Positions 56,183-64,000 of a DNA stretch of 64,000 nt are shown one piece after another (position 1 is the first letter of the stretch; every line of letters starts with the position of its first letter). The notes under the pieces were generated by a model. The model was not told the DNA's origin. It ran no database searches and saw nothing but the letters and a program-made list of their open reading frames with translations. The stretch covers positions 1-64,000 of the forward strand of contig OZ241981.1 in assembly GCA_965204345.1 (NCBI GenBank), in the 5' to 3' direction. The position numbers were made by a program, and so were the translations under genes. Source of the stretch: Nitrosopumilus sp. (lineage in GTDB: Archaea > Thermoproteota > Nitrososphaeria > Nitrososphaerales > Nitrosopumilaceae).

Positions 56183-56566
56183 ATGTCTGATTCTGATTTC
56201 ACATTAAACCTATACAACCAAAAATGTTCTCAATTACTACAAGAATCTGAGATTCGTTTTGCCGGAATTGTTGATAAAGAGGGAAAACTAATTGCCGGAG
56301 GATTCAAAGAAGGCCTTGTTCCCCATGAGGGTGATGAAACTAGGCTCCAGTCCTTTTTTGAGTTTGTTTCCAAAGCATCCATTCGAAAAGAGTATGATGA
56401 GAGTCTGGGGCCAATAAACTATCTGGCGGCTCGGCGTGACAAGGCAGTCCTGGTTAGCTTCCCCTTTCCTATCACACAAATCCTTCTGCTGATATCTGCC
56501 GAGCCTACTGCCAACATTGAAAGTCTGGCAAAAAAAGTCGTTGAAATATTCACTGACGTAAACTAG
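56183..56566 (+). CDS. Roadblock-like (DUF6659-type) protein
   Basis: IRFAGIVD..G.LIAGG; R.EYD.SLGPINY...RRDK...SFP. Confidence 0.8.
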   Translation: MSDSDFTLNLYNQKCSQLLQESEIRFAGIVDKEGKLIAGGFKEGLVPHEGDETRLQSFFEFVSKASIRKEYDESLGPINYLAARRDKAVLVSFPFPITQILLLISAEPTANIESLAKKVVEIFTDVN

Positions 56567-56675
56567 GCCTATCTATCAATCCCTTCTTTTCTGCCAAGCT
56601 ATCCCATGCCCATTGGGGAAGATTTGTATGATTAAGTGATCTTAATTTTTACAAACAGTTTTAATTTAACATGTC

Positions 56676-57146
56676 TTGTTAAAAATCAAATTGAAGGCGA
56701 CATTTGGTGCAGGATGTTTCTGGCATGTTGAAGACCTGCTAAATAAAACCAAGGGGGTGAAATCCACTGCCGTGGGGTACATTGGAGGCCACCTGCCAAA
56801 TCCTACTTATGAGCAAGTTTGTACTGACAAAACCGGTCATGCCGAAGCCGTCGAGGTAGAATATGATCCCAGCGAGATTACTTTTGAGGAACTACTTGAT
56901 GTGTTTTGGAATAATCATAATCCGACAACACTGAACCGGCAAGGCCCTGACGTTGGAATTCAGTACAGGTCTGCCATATTTTATCACGATGAGAAGCAAA
57001 AAGAAATCGCTGAAAATTCAAAACAAGAACTTGAAGAGTCTCAAAAATATGAGGTCCCTGTTGTAACTCAAATCGTTCCAGCTCCTACGTTTTACAGGGC
57101 AGAGGAATACCACCAAAAATATTTCAAAAAGCGCGGTTTTTCTTAG
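56676..57146 (+). CDS. msrA: Peptide methionine sulfoxide reductase MsrA
   Basis: GAGCFW, TGHAE, RQGPDVG.QYRS, AEEYHQ.Y. Confidence 0.97.
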   Translation: MLKIKLKATFGAGCFWHVEDLLNKTKGVKSTAVGYIGGHLPNPTYEQVCTDKTGHAEAVEVEYDPSEITFEELLDVFWNNHNPTTLNRQGPDVGIQYRSAIFYHDEKQKEIAENSKQELEESQKYEVPVVTQIVPAPTFYRAEEYHQKYFKKRGFS

Positions 57147-57578
57147 TCACTTTACAATGACGACTGGAATTTTTGAGGTATGTATGACATAGTTTGAGAC
57201 GCTTCCAAAGAACATTTCCTTGGCAGAGCTTCTACCCCGTGAACCGATGACGATCATGTCGAATCTGTCTTTTCCATGTGCTGTTTTTATGATATTGTAG
57301 CCTATTTCCCCCCTTGCAATTTTTTCCTTAAACACAATTCCGTTCTTTGCAGCCAGTGTTTTTGCATCACTCATGAATTTTTTTACCTGCGTGTTTAATG
57401 ATTTTTCAACAGATCCCACCCCCCTAAATTCTGAATGTGGCGGTGCGTAAATGCAGTAGGTTCCTGTAATTATCGCACCGCAATTTCTAGCCAGTGTAAT
57501 TGCCGTTTCTAGGCCTCTCATAGAGTTTTTGGATCCGTCCAAGGGAACTAAAATTTTTGAAATTTTCTTTTTTATCAT
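57147..57578 (-). CDS. Universal stress protein
   Basis: ILVPLDGS, IVIGSRG....FGSVS..V. Confidence 0.95.
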   Translation of the reverse strand: MIKKKISKILVPLDGSKNSMRGLETAITLARNCGAIITGTYCIYAPPHSEFRGVGSVEKSLNTQVKKFMSDAKTLAAKNGIVFKEKIARGEIGYNIIKTAHGKDRFDMIVIGSRGRSSAKEMFFGSVSNYVIHTSKIPVVIVK

Positions 57579-57701
57579 GCTATCTGAGTATTTTTGATAT
57601 TAAAAAACATACTTGCTATTTTCAAACCCTGTTATCACAGATTATCTGATCGCATAGTTCACTAAAACTTATCTACTGATGATAATTGTTGCTAAAGCAG
57701 C

Positions 57702-58493
57702 GTGAAAGAAAATCTTCTTCGGATTGACGGACATAAAATCCGATATTTGGAATCTGGCAATTCTAAAAATACCCTTGTGCTAATTCATGGGCTGGGAGCT
57801 TCTGCTGAAAGATGGTCCCATGTGATCCCGCTGCTGACTGACAGCTTTCGTGTAATTGTACCTGATCTGATTGGATTTGGATTTAGTGACAAGCCTACAG
57901 CCGATTACACTCCTGACTTTTTTTCTGATTTCCTTGAAAAATTTTTTTCTGAAACTAGCATCGTACGTCCCAGTGTTGTTGGCTCCTCTTTGGGCGGACA
58001 GATCTCCGCAGAATATGCTGCCTTGCACTCTGAAAACGTCGAGAAACTCGTTCTTGTGTCTCCTGCAGGACTGATGAAAAAATCTACTCCCGCACTTGAT
58101 GCCTACATTATGGCCGCATTATATCCAAATCAGGCCAATGCAAAAAATGCATTTGAAATGATGGAGGGATCTGGAAAGCCTGCTGAGCCTGCCATCGTTG
58201 ATGGCTTTGTAAAAAGAATGCGATTACCCAATGCCAAACTTGCTTTCATGTCTACTATTTTGGGGCTGAAAAATTCTGAATCCATTGCATCCAAATTAGA
58301 GTCTATCTCCGCTCCAACCCTGATTATTTGGGGCAGCAATGATCCTGTAATTCCAATTGGCTATGCTGATGATTTTGTTTCTGCAATTCAGGACTGTAGA
58401 TTCTTTAGAATGGATGGATGTGGCCATACCCCCTATGTTCAGGATCCTCATACATTTACTGCCAAGGTTTTAGAATTTCTTAACGGCATTTAG
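57702..58493 (+). CDS. Alpha/beta hydrolase
   Basis: LIHG, PDL.GFG.S, GSSLGG nucleophile elbow, WG..D, GH. Confidence 0.9.
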   Translation: MKENLLRIDGHKIRYLESGNSKNTLVLIHGLGASAERWSHVIPLLTDSFRVIVPDLIGFGFSDKPTADYTPDFFSDFLEKFFSETSIVRPSVVGSSLGGQISAEYAALHSENVEKLVLVSPAGLMKKSTPALDAYIMAALYPNQANAKNAFEMMEGSGKPAEPAIVDGFVKRMRLPNAKLAFMSTILGLKNSESIASKLESISAPTLIIWGSNDPVIPIGYADDFVSAIQDCRFFRMDGCGHTPYVQDPHTFTAKVLEFLNGI

Positions 58494-58528
58494 ATCCCTT
58501 TAAATAGTATCTGTTCCAATTATTACCT

Positions 58529-58954
58529 ATGAGTGGTAATCAAAACCCATATGATCCTTCTGAGATGTTTAAATCTTGGATACAGAAAAGTGGACGTGCT
58601 CAAACTGAGTTTATGAAAAACTTTGGCTCGTTGATGGCCAATCAGACCAGCCAAACATTCAATCCTTCAGAAGTCCTAAAAGGAATTTCCCAAAGTACAA
58701 AGCAGACCAAATCTGATATGATGGATAACCTGTCTGCCATGCAAAGCAAAGGCATGGATGCCATGTTTAGCATTGGACAAATGCTTCCATCCTTTATGAA
58801 TTGGGGCGCCTACAAAACCACAATTAGCAGCAACGGACGAATTTCTATCCCAGAAGCTGAACGAAATGCACTTGGTTTGGGAGATGGTGATCTAGTCCAG
58901 GTCATTATCTTGCCAATAGCAAAAAAACCAAAAAATAAGGAGGTGAAAAAATGA
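58529..58954 (+). CDS. AbrB/MazE-domain protein, PhaR-like
   Basis: C-terminal ISSNGRISIPEAER.ALGL.DGDLVQV; located in the PHA cluster. Confidence 0.75.
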   Translation: MSGNQNPYDPSEMFKSWIQKSGRAQTEFMKNFGSLMANQTSQTFNPSEVLKGISQSTKQTKSDMMDNLSAMQSKGMDAMFSIGQMLPSFMNWGAYKTTISSNGRISIPEAERNALGLGDGDLVQVIILPIAKKPKNKEVKK

Positions 58955-59382
58955 GTAAAACCGAAACAAAACAAGTAGTAAATTCAAAAGACGTATTTTC
59001 TGTCTATCAGGAAAATATTGACAAATTCTTCACTGGCATCAGACAGTCAGTACCGCAGTACCATCAGTCAATTACTAATGTACAGCAGGAATACATTCAA
59101 GCATATGAGAACGTGCTGGATTCTGCCGTTTCATTACAGAAAGACTATGTAAAGAAAGCAGGCATTGCAACGAATCTTCCTGAATCCGCACTGAAAATGA
59201 TTCATAATACAACTGAAGAGTTTGTAAAGGTAGCATCAATACAAAACCAAATTACGCTTGCAACCATAGATGCAACGCAACAAAACATCAAAACATTCAA
59301 CGACAATGCAAAGTCGTTTGCTAGCCTTAACAGAAATATTCTCCAGTCATGGATTTCTGCATTTGCCGCTAAAGCAAACTAG
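58951..59382 (+). CDS. Phasin-like helical protein
   Basis: Amphipathic all-helical Q/N/A-rich sequence; follows the AbrB gene directly and converges on phaC. Confidence 0.55.
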   Translation: MSKTETKQVVNSKDVFSVYQENIDKFFTGIRQSVPQYHQSITNVQQEYIQAYENVLDSAVSLQKDYVKKAGIATNLPESALKMIHNTTEEFVKVASIQNQITLATIDATQQNIKTFNDNAKSFASLNRNILQSWISAFAAKAN

Positions 59383-59406
59383 CACCTTGTTTTTTTTAAT
59401 TTTTTT

Positions 59407-60471
59407 TTATGACCTTTCGGCCAGCCACTTGCCGAGTTCTGGCAGCACTTTCTTCTGTGATAACGAGCTGGCAATCATGCCCACGTGTCCGGTAGGATAC
59501 ATCCTTAGCGTCTTATCCTCACTGCCTATTGCATAATGCAAAGGCATGCTGCATTCAGGTGAGACGAGGTGATCTCCCACTGCAATTTGTGTAAATGTCG
59601 GCATGTCTATCTTCTTCAAATCTATATGTTCTCCATTTATGTGCATTTTGTTTTGAATCAGCAGGTTCTCCTGATAGATGTCTTTGATCCACTGCTTGAA
59701 TAGCTCTCCTGGGATTGGCGGCGTGTCTCCCAGCCATTTTTCTACCCTGAGGAAGTTATCTACAAATTTTTTATTGTCTATGTTCTTAAAAAATTTAACA
59801 TACTTTTCAATTCCCTGCTCAAATGGCTTGAGTACCGAAAAGCAGTAGTACATGAATTCCGGAGGCATGTTTCCTATGGTCTTGACCATCTTCTCAACGT
59901 CCATGTGTTTGGCAAGATTGCTGATTACCGTAGTGTCTCTCCATCCGTCAATTACTGGTGCCGTTGCGATATAGTTTTTCACACTATCTGGATGCAATGC
60001 CGTATACGCTGTGGCAATAGTCCCCCCGGTACAGTACCCTTGCAATGAAATTTTTTCAGTCGATGACTCGTTTTTTATGTATTCTACTGACGAATCCAAA
60101 TACCCATTTACATAATCATCAAAATCCAGATATTTGTCCATGCTAGTTGGCGTTCCCCAGTCCAGCATGTACACGTCAAATCCCTGCTCTAAAAGATTTC
60201 TTACCCAGCTTTTTTCTGGCTGGATGTCTAGTATGTGATACCTGTTAATCAGTGCATATGAAATCAGCAGCGGCGTCTTGTGCTGCTTTTCTGTAAGCGG
60301 CCTGTAGTGCAGGAGCCTTGTTTTGTCTATCTCTTGCACAATATCATGAGCCGTCACCTCCAAGCTGATTTCGTCTGGCGCTGCAACCAACTTTGGCGCG
60401 TCAATTACGTTTTTGCTGAATTTTAGGATCTCCTCGATAATTTTTGGATCAATCTTTGGCTCACTGTGCAT
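59407..60471 (-). CDS. phaC: Class III PHA synthase catalytic subunit
   Basis: YALINR..ILD, DWG, GYCTGG lipase-box Cys, D (GDHLV), H (GHVG). Confidence 0.95.
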   Translation of the reverse strand: MHSEPKIDPKIIEEILKFSKNVIDAPKLVAAPDEISLEVTAHDIVQEIDKTRLLHYRPLTEKQHKTPLLISYALINRYHILDIQPEKSWVRNLLEQGFDVYMLDWGTPTSMDKYLDFDDYVNGYLDSSVEYIKNESSTEKISLQGYCTGGTIATAYTALHPDSVKNYIATAPVIDGWRDTTVISNLAKHMDVEKMVKTIGNMPPEFMYYCFSVLKPFEQGIEKYVKFFKNIDNKKFVDNFLRVEKWLGDTPPIPGELFKQWIKDIYQENLLIQNKMHINGEHIDLKKIDMPTFTQIAVGDHLVSPECSMPLHYAIGSEDKTLRMYPTGHVGMIASSLSQKKVLPELGKWLAERS

Positions 60472-61039
60472 TTTTCCTAGTTTCCCTTTTCTTTAACTCT
60501 AGTTCCAACTTTCCTATTCTTTTTTTAAGAGAATGAATCTCTTTGTATACCTCGTCAATCTCTTCTTTGCTTGGAAGATTAATTGATTGCAGAATCACAT
60601 TGGTGATGTTGTTCCAGTGCCTGGTTAATTCCAATTCTTTGGAAACGAGCTTTCCATAGTTTTCACCAAATCTTTTTGAATCAAACAACTCTGTAAAATC
60701 ATTGTCAAAAATGTCTATCCAAATTCTCTTAAATGCCTCGATTTGCTCAACATCCTGAGGCACTTTTGGAGCTTTTAGGTTTACTTTTTTTTGGGCGGTT
60801 CTCCACGTGTCTGCAAGTTGCTTGTAATATTCCGTCAAATACTGGTTGAATCCCAGAAGTTCCTCGTTAATCTCAATTAGTTCGGTTGTGACCTTTTTTG
60901 AGTTTGCAGCAAATGCTCTCATTGGGCCTGTAGATGCAAGTGCTTGCGGCTTGCTTGACATCAAGTGAATGATATCTGTCCAAAATAATGACAAATGTTT
61001 GTAGTAATCTGTAACATTTTTTGACGAGTCTGCCTGCAC
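60461..61039 (-). CDS. phaE: Class III PHA synthase subunit PhaE
   Basis: WI......F...F.S..F; LPSKEEIDEVYKEIH.LK; overlaps phaC start. Confidence 0.9.
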   Translation of the reverse strand: MQADSSKNVTDYYKHLSLFWTDIIHLMSSKPQALASTGPMRAFAANSKKVTTELIEINEELLGFNQYLTEYYKQLADTWRTAQKKVNLKAPKVPQDVEQIEAFKRIWIDIFDNDFTELFDSKRFGENYGKLVSKELELTRHWNNITNVILQSINLPSKEEIDEVYKEIHSLKKRIGKLELELKKRETRKNAQ

Positions 61040-61086
61040 AGATATTCATAAATACAGATCGCAATAAATAGTTAGATTACCGTATT

Positions 61087-61487
61087 TTGCTGTTGGATAA
61101 CACCAAAGAACTTGAAAAAACCTGTCAGGCAATCATTGACTTGGACCCTAAAATGCGCTCAGCTAGAATAATCAATGGCAGAGGCCATTTAGTTGCAGGT
61201 GGGATGAAGGACGGTTTGTTCTCACTTGAAAATCTCAAAAGCAGGATGAAATGATGTTCATGGAACCTGCCTTACGTGTTAGAATGCGACATGAATTTGA
61301 CGCTGAATTTGGAAAAGTGCATTTTTCAATGTCTTATCGTGACAAAGTAATCGTGATGAGTTTTCCCCTAAGTAATGATGATGTCCTGCTTCTGTCTTGT
61401 GAAAAAAATGTTGATTTTGGAGAATTGCCCTTTAAAGTTTTAAAACTTGTCAAATCCCTAAAAAACTCTCCGATGAGGACCTTCTAA
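61087..61487 (+). pseudogene. Roadblock-like (DUF6659-type) gene, frameshifted
   Basis: IIDLDPKMRSARII..RG.LVAGG then shift at GAAAAT about 61228-61233 into SQKQDEMMFME..LRVRMRHEFD. Confidence 0.75.
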
Positions 61488-61963
61488 CTGCTGAGACTTT
61501 GCATCACCTGTTTTCACTGGTTTGGGATTTTCAGCATCTGTCAAATCACAGAGACTAATTAACAAAAACATTCTCTGGTGTGATTTAAATTTGCCAGAAC
61601 TTTTTCTGGTGTTTCTGTGCTGAACAGCAGGAGGCGGGTTTATTCTTGCTTGTCTGCTTGCAGGCGGACTTGGAGCTGATATGGTTTTTGTTGAGCAAAA
61701 AAAATAAATCAGTATGTTCTAATTCCCCACGTGTTGCTGATATCTCTGGCTCTGGTTTAGCTCTTCAAAAACTCTCATCCGTATCTGAGTACCATCACAG
61801 CTGTGTTTTGTCACTGTGTTTGGATGATTCCAAAAGGATATGCTCTGCAATTAATTTATGCCAAACAGGCTGATGCTGACCATCTACTGTCTGTGCACTT
61901 TTTTGTCGGGACAGACTGGAATTTGAACAATCCAAAATATGGCATTTTGTCATTTTAAATGTT

Positions 61964-62875
61964 TTATTCGTTAAGCATTTTTCTTAATCCTGCACATCTG
62001 TTTCTAATTGTCACTTCTGTAACTCCTGATGCAATTGATATCTCTTTTTGTGATTTTATCTCTCCCGTACTAATGCATGCAAGATAAAGTGCCGCTGCTG
62101 CTATTCCCATTGGATCCTTTCCTGCTATTATCCCGTTTTCTTTTGCCTGATTCAGTATGCTGATTGCTTTGCGCTTACTTTTTTCACCTAGTTCTGCTAT
62201 GCTTGCAATTCTTGACACGCCTTTTACTGGATCAACTACTGGCATCTTTAATTCCAGCTCTCTGAAAATCAATCTGTAGCATCTTGCAACATCCTTTCTT
62301 CTAATGTTGATTCCTTTTGCAATATCATCTAACGTTCTTGGTGTCTCTGTATTTCTGCATGATGCATACAGACATGCTGCGACCAGTCCCTGGATTGAAC
62401 GGCCCCTGACCAGTTTTTTTTCCATGGCTTTTCTGTAAATGTAAGCTGCCTTTTCTATCACTGCATCTGTTAATGCAAGCTTGTCTTTGAGTTTGTCCAT
62501 TTCATTGAGTGCTTGTCGTAAATTTCTGTCCGCTGATGAGTGGGCCTGACTTCTGCTGTCCCATGTTCTCAATCTCTCAATGGAACTTTTTACACTTGCA
62601 GCTAGCGGCTTTCCTGTGGCATCCTTGTTGGCTGCTCCAATTACTGTTGACAAGCCCATGTCGTGCATGGTTAGTGATGTTCCAGCACCCACCCTTGTCC
62701 TGTTTCCCTCCTCGTTTGAAAAAGAACGCCATTCTGCACCCGTGTCTGAAATTTTATCTGTAACTACCAATCCGCACTTGCTGCAAAACAGCTCCCCAGT
62801 GTTTTGATCCGTAACTATCTTCCTGTCTCCGCAGGATGGACATTTTGGTCCGTTGACCATACTGTTTTTAAGCAT
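61964..62875 (-). CDS. tfb: Transcription initiation factor IIB
   Basis: CPSC...CSKCG zinc ribbon, EWRSF, two cyclin folds, GVTEVTIRNR. Confidence 0.97.
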   Translation of the reverse strand: MLKNSMVNGPKCPSCGDRKIVTDQNTGELFCSKCGLVVTDKISDTGAEWRSFSNEEGNRTRVGAGTSLTMHDMGLSTVIGAANKDATGKPLAASVKSSIERLRTWDSRSQAHSSADRNLRQALNEMDKLKDKLALTDAVIEKAAYIYRKAMEKKLVRGRSIQGLVAACLYASCRNTETPRTLDDIAKGINIRRKDVARCYRLIFRELELKMPVVDPVKGVSRIASIAELGEKSKRKAISILNQAKENGIIAGKDPMGIAAAALYLACISTGEIKSQKEISIASGVTEVTIRNRCAGLRKMLNE

Positions 62876-62945
62876 AATACTGTATGTTGCTATGATTCCT
62901 TATTATTCATTTTACCTAATCTCTACGGGTTAATTGTGTGTAGGT

Positions 62946-63044
62946 TGAGCTAATACCTGTTCTATATCCTTGGAATGAGCTAATACCCGTTCTATATCCT
63001 TGGAATGAGCTAATACCCGTTCTATATCCTTGGAATGAGCTAAT
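62946..63044. repeat. 30-bp tandem repeat, 3.3 copies, upstream of tfb
   Basis: TGAGCTAATACC(T/C)GTTCTATATCCTTGGAA at 62946, 62976, 63006, partial at 63036. Confidence 0.95.
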
Positions 63045-63054
63045 GCCTTTGATT

Positions 63055-64000
63055 TTAGCCCAAGAGGCAATATGCATATCCTGGGGCAAATGACGGATAC
63101 ATGATGTTTGTCTTGTCCTTCACATGTTGCAGTCCAATTGAGTGTCCCAACTCGTGTGTCATGATGGTTTCCACGCTTTTAACATCATACAGCTGAAAAC
63201 TTCCGTCACAATTATAATCGCCCAGTGTCACCTCTACCACCCCTTTGCCGATGTGCGCGTGTCCCAGGACGCCGTCCCCTATGTTTCGTACTACCCATGT
63301 CACCCAGACGTTTGCTTCCTGTTTTAGATTGGTAACCTCAAATTTTATCTTTGCATTTAGATCATTTGTTGTCAGTTCCTGCTCTTCCCAAAACATAAAT
63401 GATTCTTTTAGCGTGCCAACATGATCCAGTGGAAGTCCCGTTGGCTGTTCGTTGATGAATACCTTGTAGTGTATAATGTACACGCCGTCATCTATCTCAT
63501 ATGTTGGATTTGGAAAACTTCCTGATGCCCTTTTTACCTCGTCTTCAAAGTTCCATCTGGCATAGTCCCTTAGAAATTTTTTTATTACATCCTGACTCGG
63601 GTTGGGAAATTCTATGTATCTTTTTTCATTAGAGATGTTCGTGGAAATATCTCTGAGATATTTTTTAAACATTCTGAGCTTCTCTTCTAATTCTTCCTGT
63701 GATTTTTGGAACATGTATTCAGTACTGATGGTGATTATGCCGTTTTCTATCAGATATTGTATGCCCTCAACAAACTCTTCGTCCCCGATTTTTTTGTCTG
63801 CCCACCATCCCGCATTATTTTTTACCCACTTTGGAATTCCTTCGTTTGGTGTCTGATTTTGTATTTTTACTGGAGGAATTTCAATGATTTTATTCTCAAT
63901 CAGATACGCCATTGCCAAAACAAACTCTTCGTCCCCGATTTTTTTGTCTGCCCACCATCCCGCATTATTTTTTACCCACTTGGGAACTGATATGACGTCT
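63055..64000 (-). CDS. Matrixin-family metalloprotease with thaumarchaeal P.WVKNNAGWWA repeats (5' end beyond window)
   Basis: HELGHSIGLQH...IMYP; frame open to window edge (DVISVPKWVKNNAGWWADKK). Confidence 0.85.
   Translation of the reverse strand, partial: DVISVPKWVKNNAGWWADKKIGDEEFVLAMAYLIENKIIEIPPVKIQNQTPNEGIPKWVKNNAGWWADKKIGDEEFVEGIQYLIENGIITISTEYMFQKSQEELEEKLRMFKKYLRDISTNISNEKRYIEFPNPSQDVIKKFLRDYARWNFEDEVKRASGSFPNPTYEIDDGVYIIHYKVFINEQPTGLPLDHVGTLKESFMFWEEQELTTNDLNAKIKFEVTNLKQEANVWVTWVVRNIGDGVLGHAHIGKGVVEVTLGDYNCDGSFQLYDVKSVETIMTHELGHSIGLQHVKDKTNIMYPSFAPGYAYCLLG

Noticed and set aside
61500-61960. Short ORFs between the roadblock-like pseudogene and tfb
   Set aside because: Multiple stops and no recognisable motif.
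62946-63044. CRISPR array
   Set aside because: Repeats are contiguous with no unique spacers, and no cas genes are present.

Overview
This is a 64-kb segment of an ammonia-oxidising archaeon (Nitrososphaerota/Thaumarchaeota, Nitrosopumilaceae-type 16S and 23S). Positions 1-8.3 kb hold a sugar-nucleotidyltransferase with microsatellite insertions, a PIN-like protein, hemL, and the 16S-23S rRNA operon (no tRNA in the spacer, no linked 5S). Positions ~8.3-39.3 kb form an accessory, surface-protein-rich region. It contains a GIY-YIG nuclease, several broken secreted-protein, protease and regulator genes, a ~5,300-aa Ig-repeat adhesin-like protein, and a complete LivKGFHM-type ABC importer. Positions ~39.4-64 kb look like core genome: CBS-TrkH, a B12-binding protein, purP, ubiX, tatAC, purS, msrA, a PHA cluster (hydrolase, AbrB-type regulator, phasin-like, phaC, phaE), tfb and a matrixin. 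The most notable signal is a G9 tract inside the adhesin's natural signal-peptide coding sequence. It puts the likely ATG start out of frame, which would make this a candidate slipped-strand ON/OFF contingency locus in an archaeon; a homopolymer assembly error is the main alternative. Other highlights are a structured ncRNA candidate at ~47.5 kb, a competing pairing in the pre-23S processing stem, and a 30-bp tandem array upstream of tfb. Family assignments come from motif recognition by eye, and no database searches were run.
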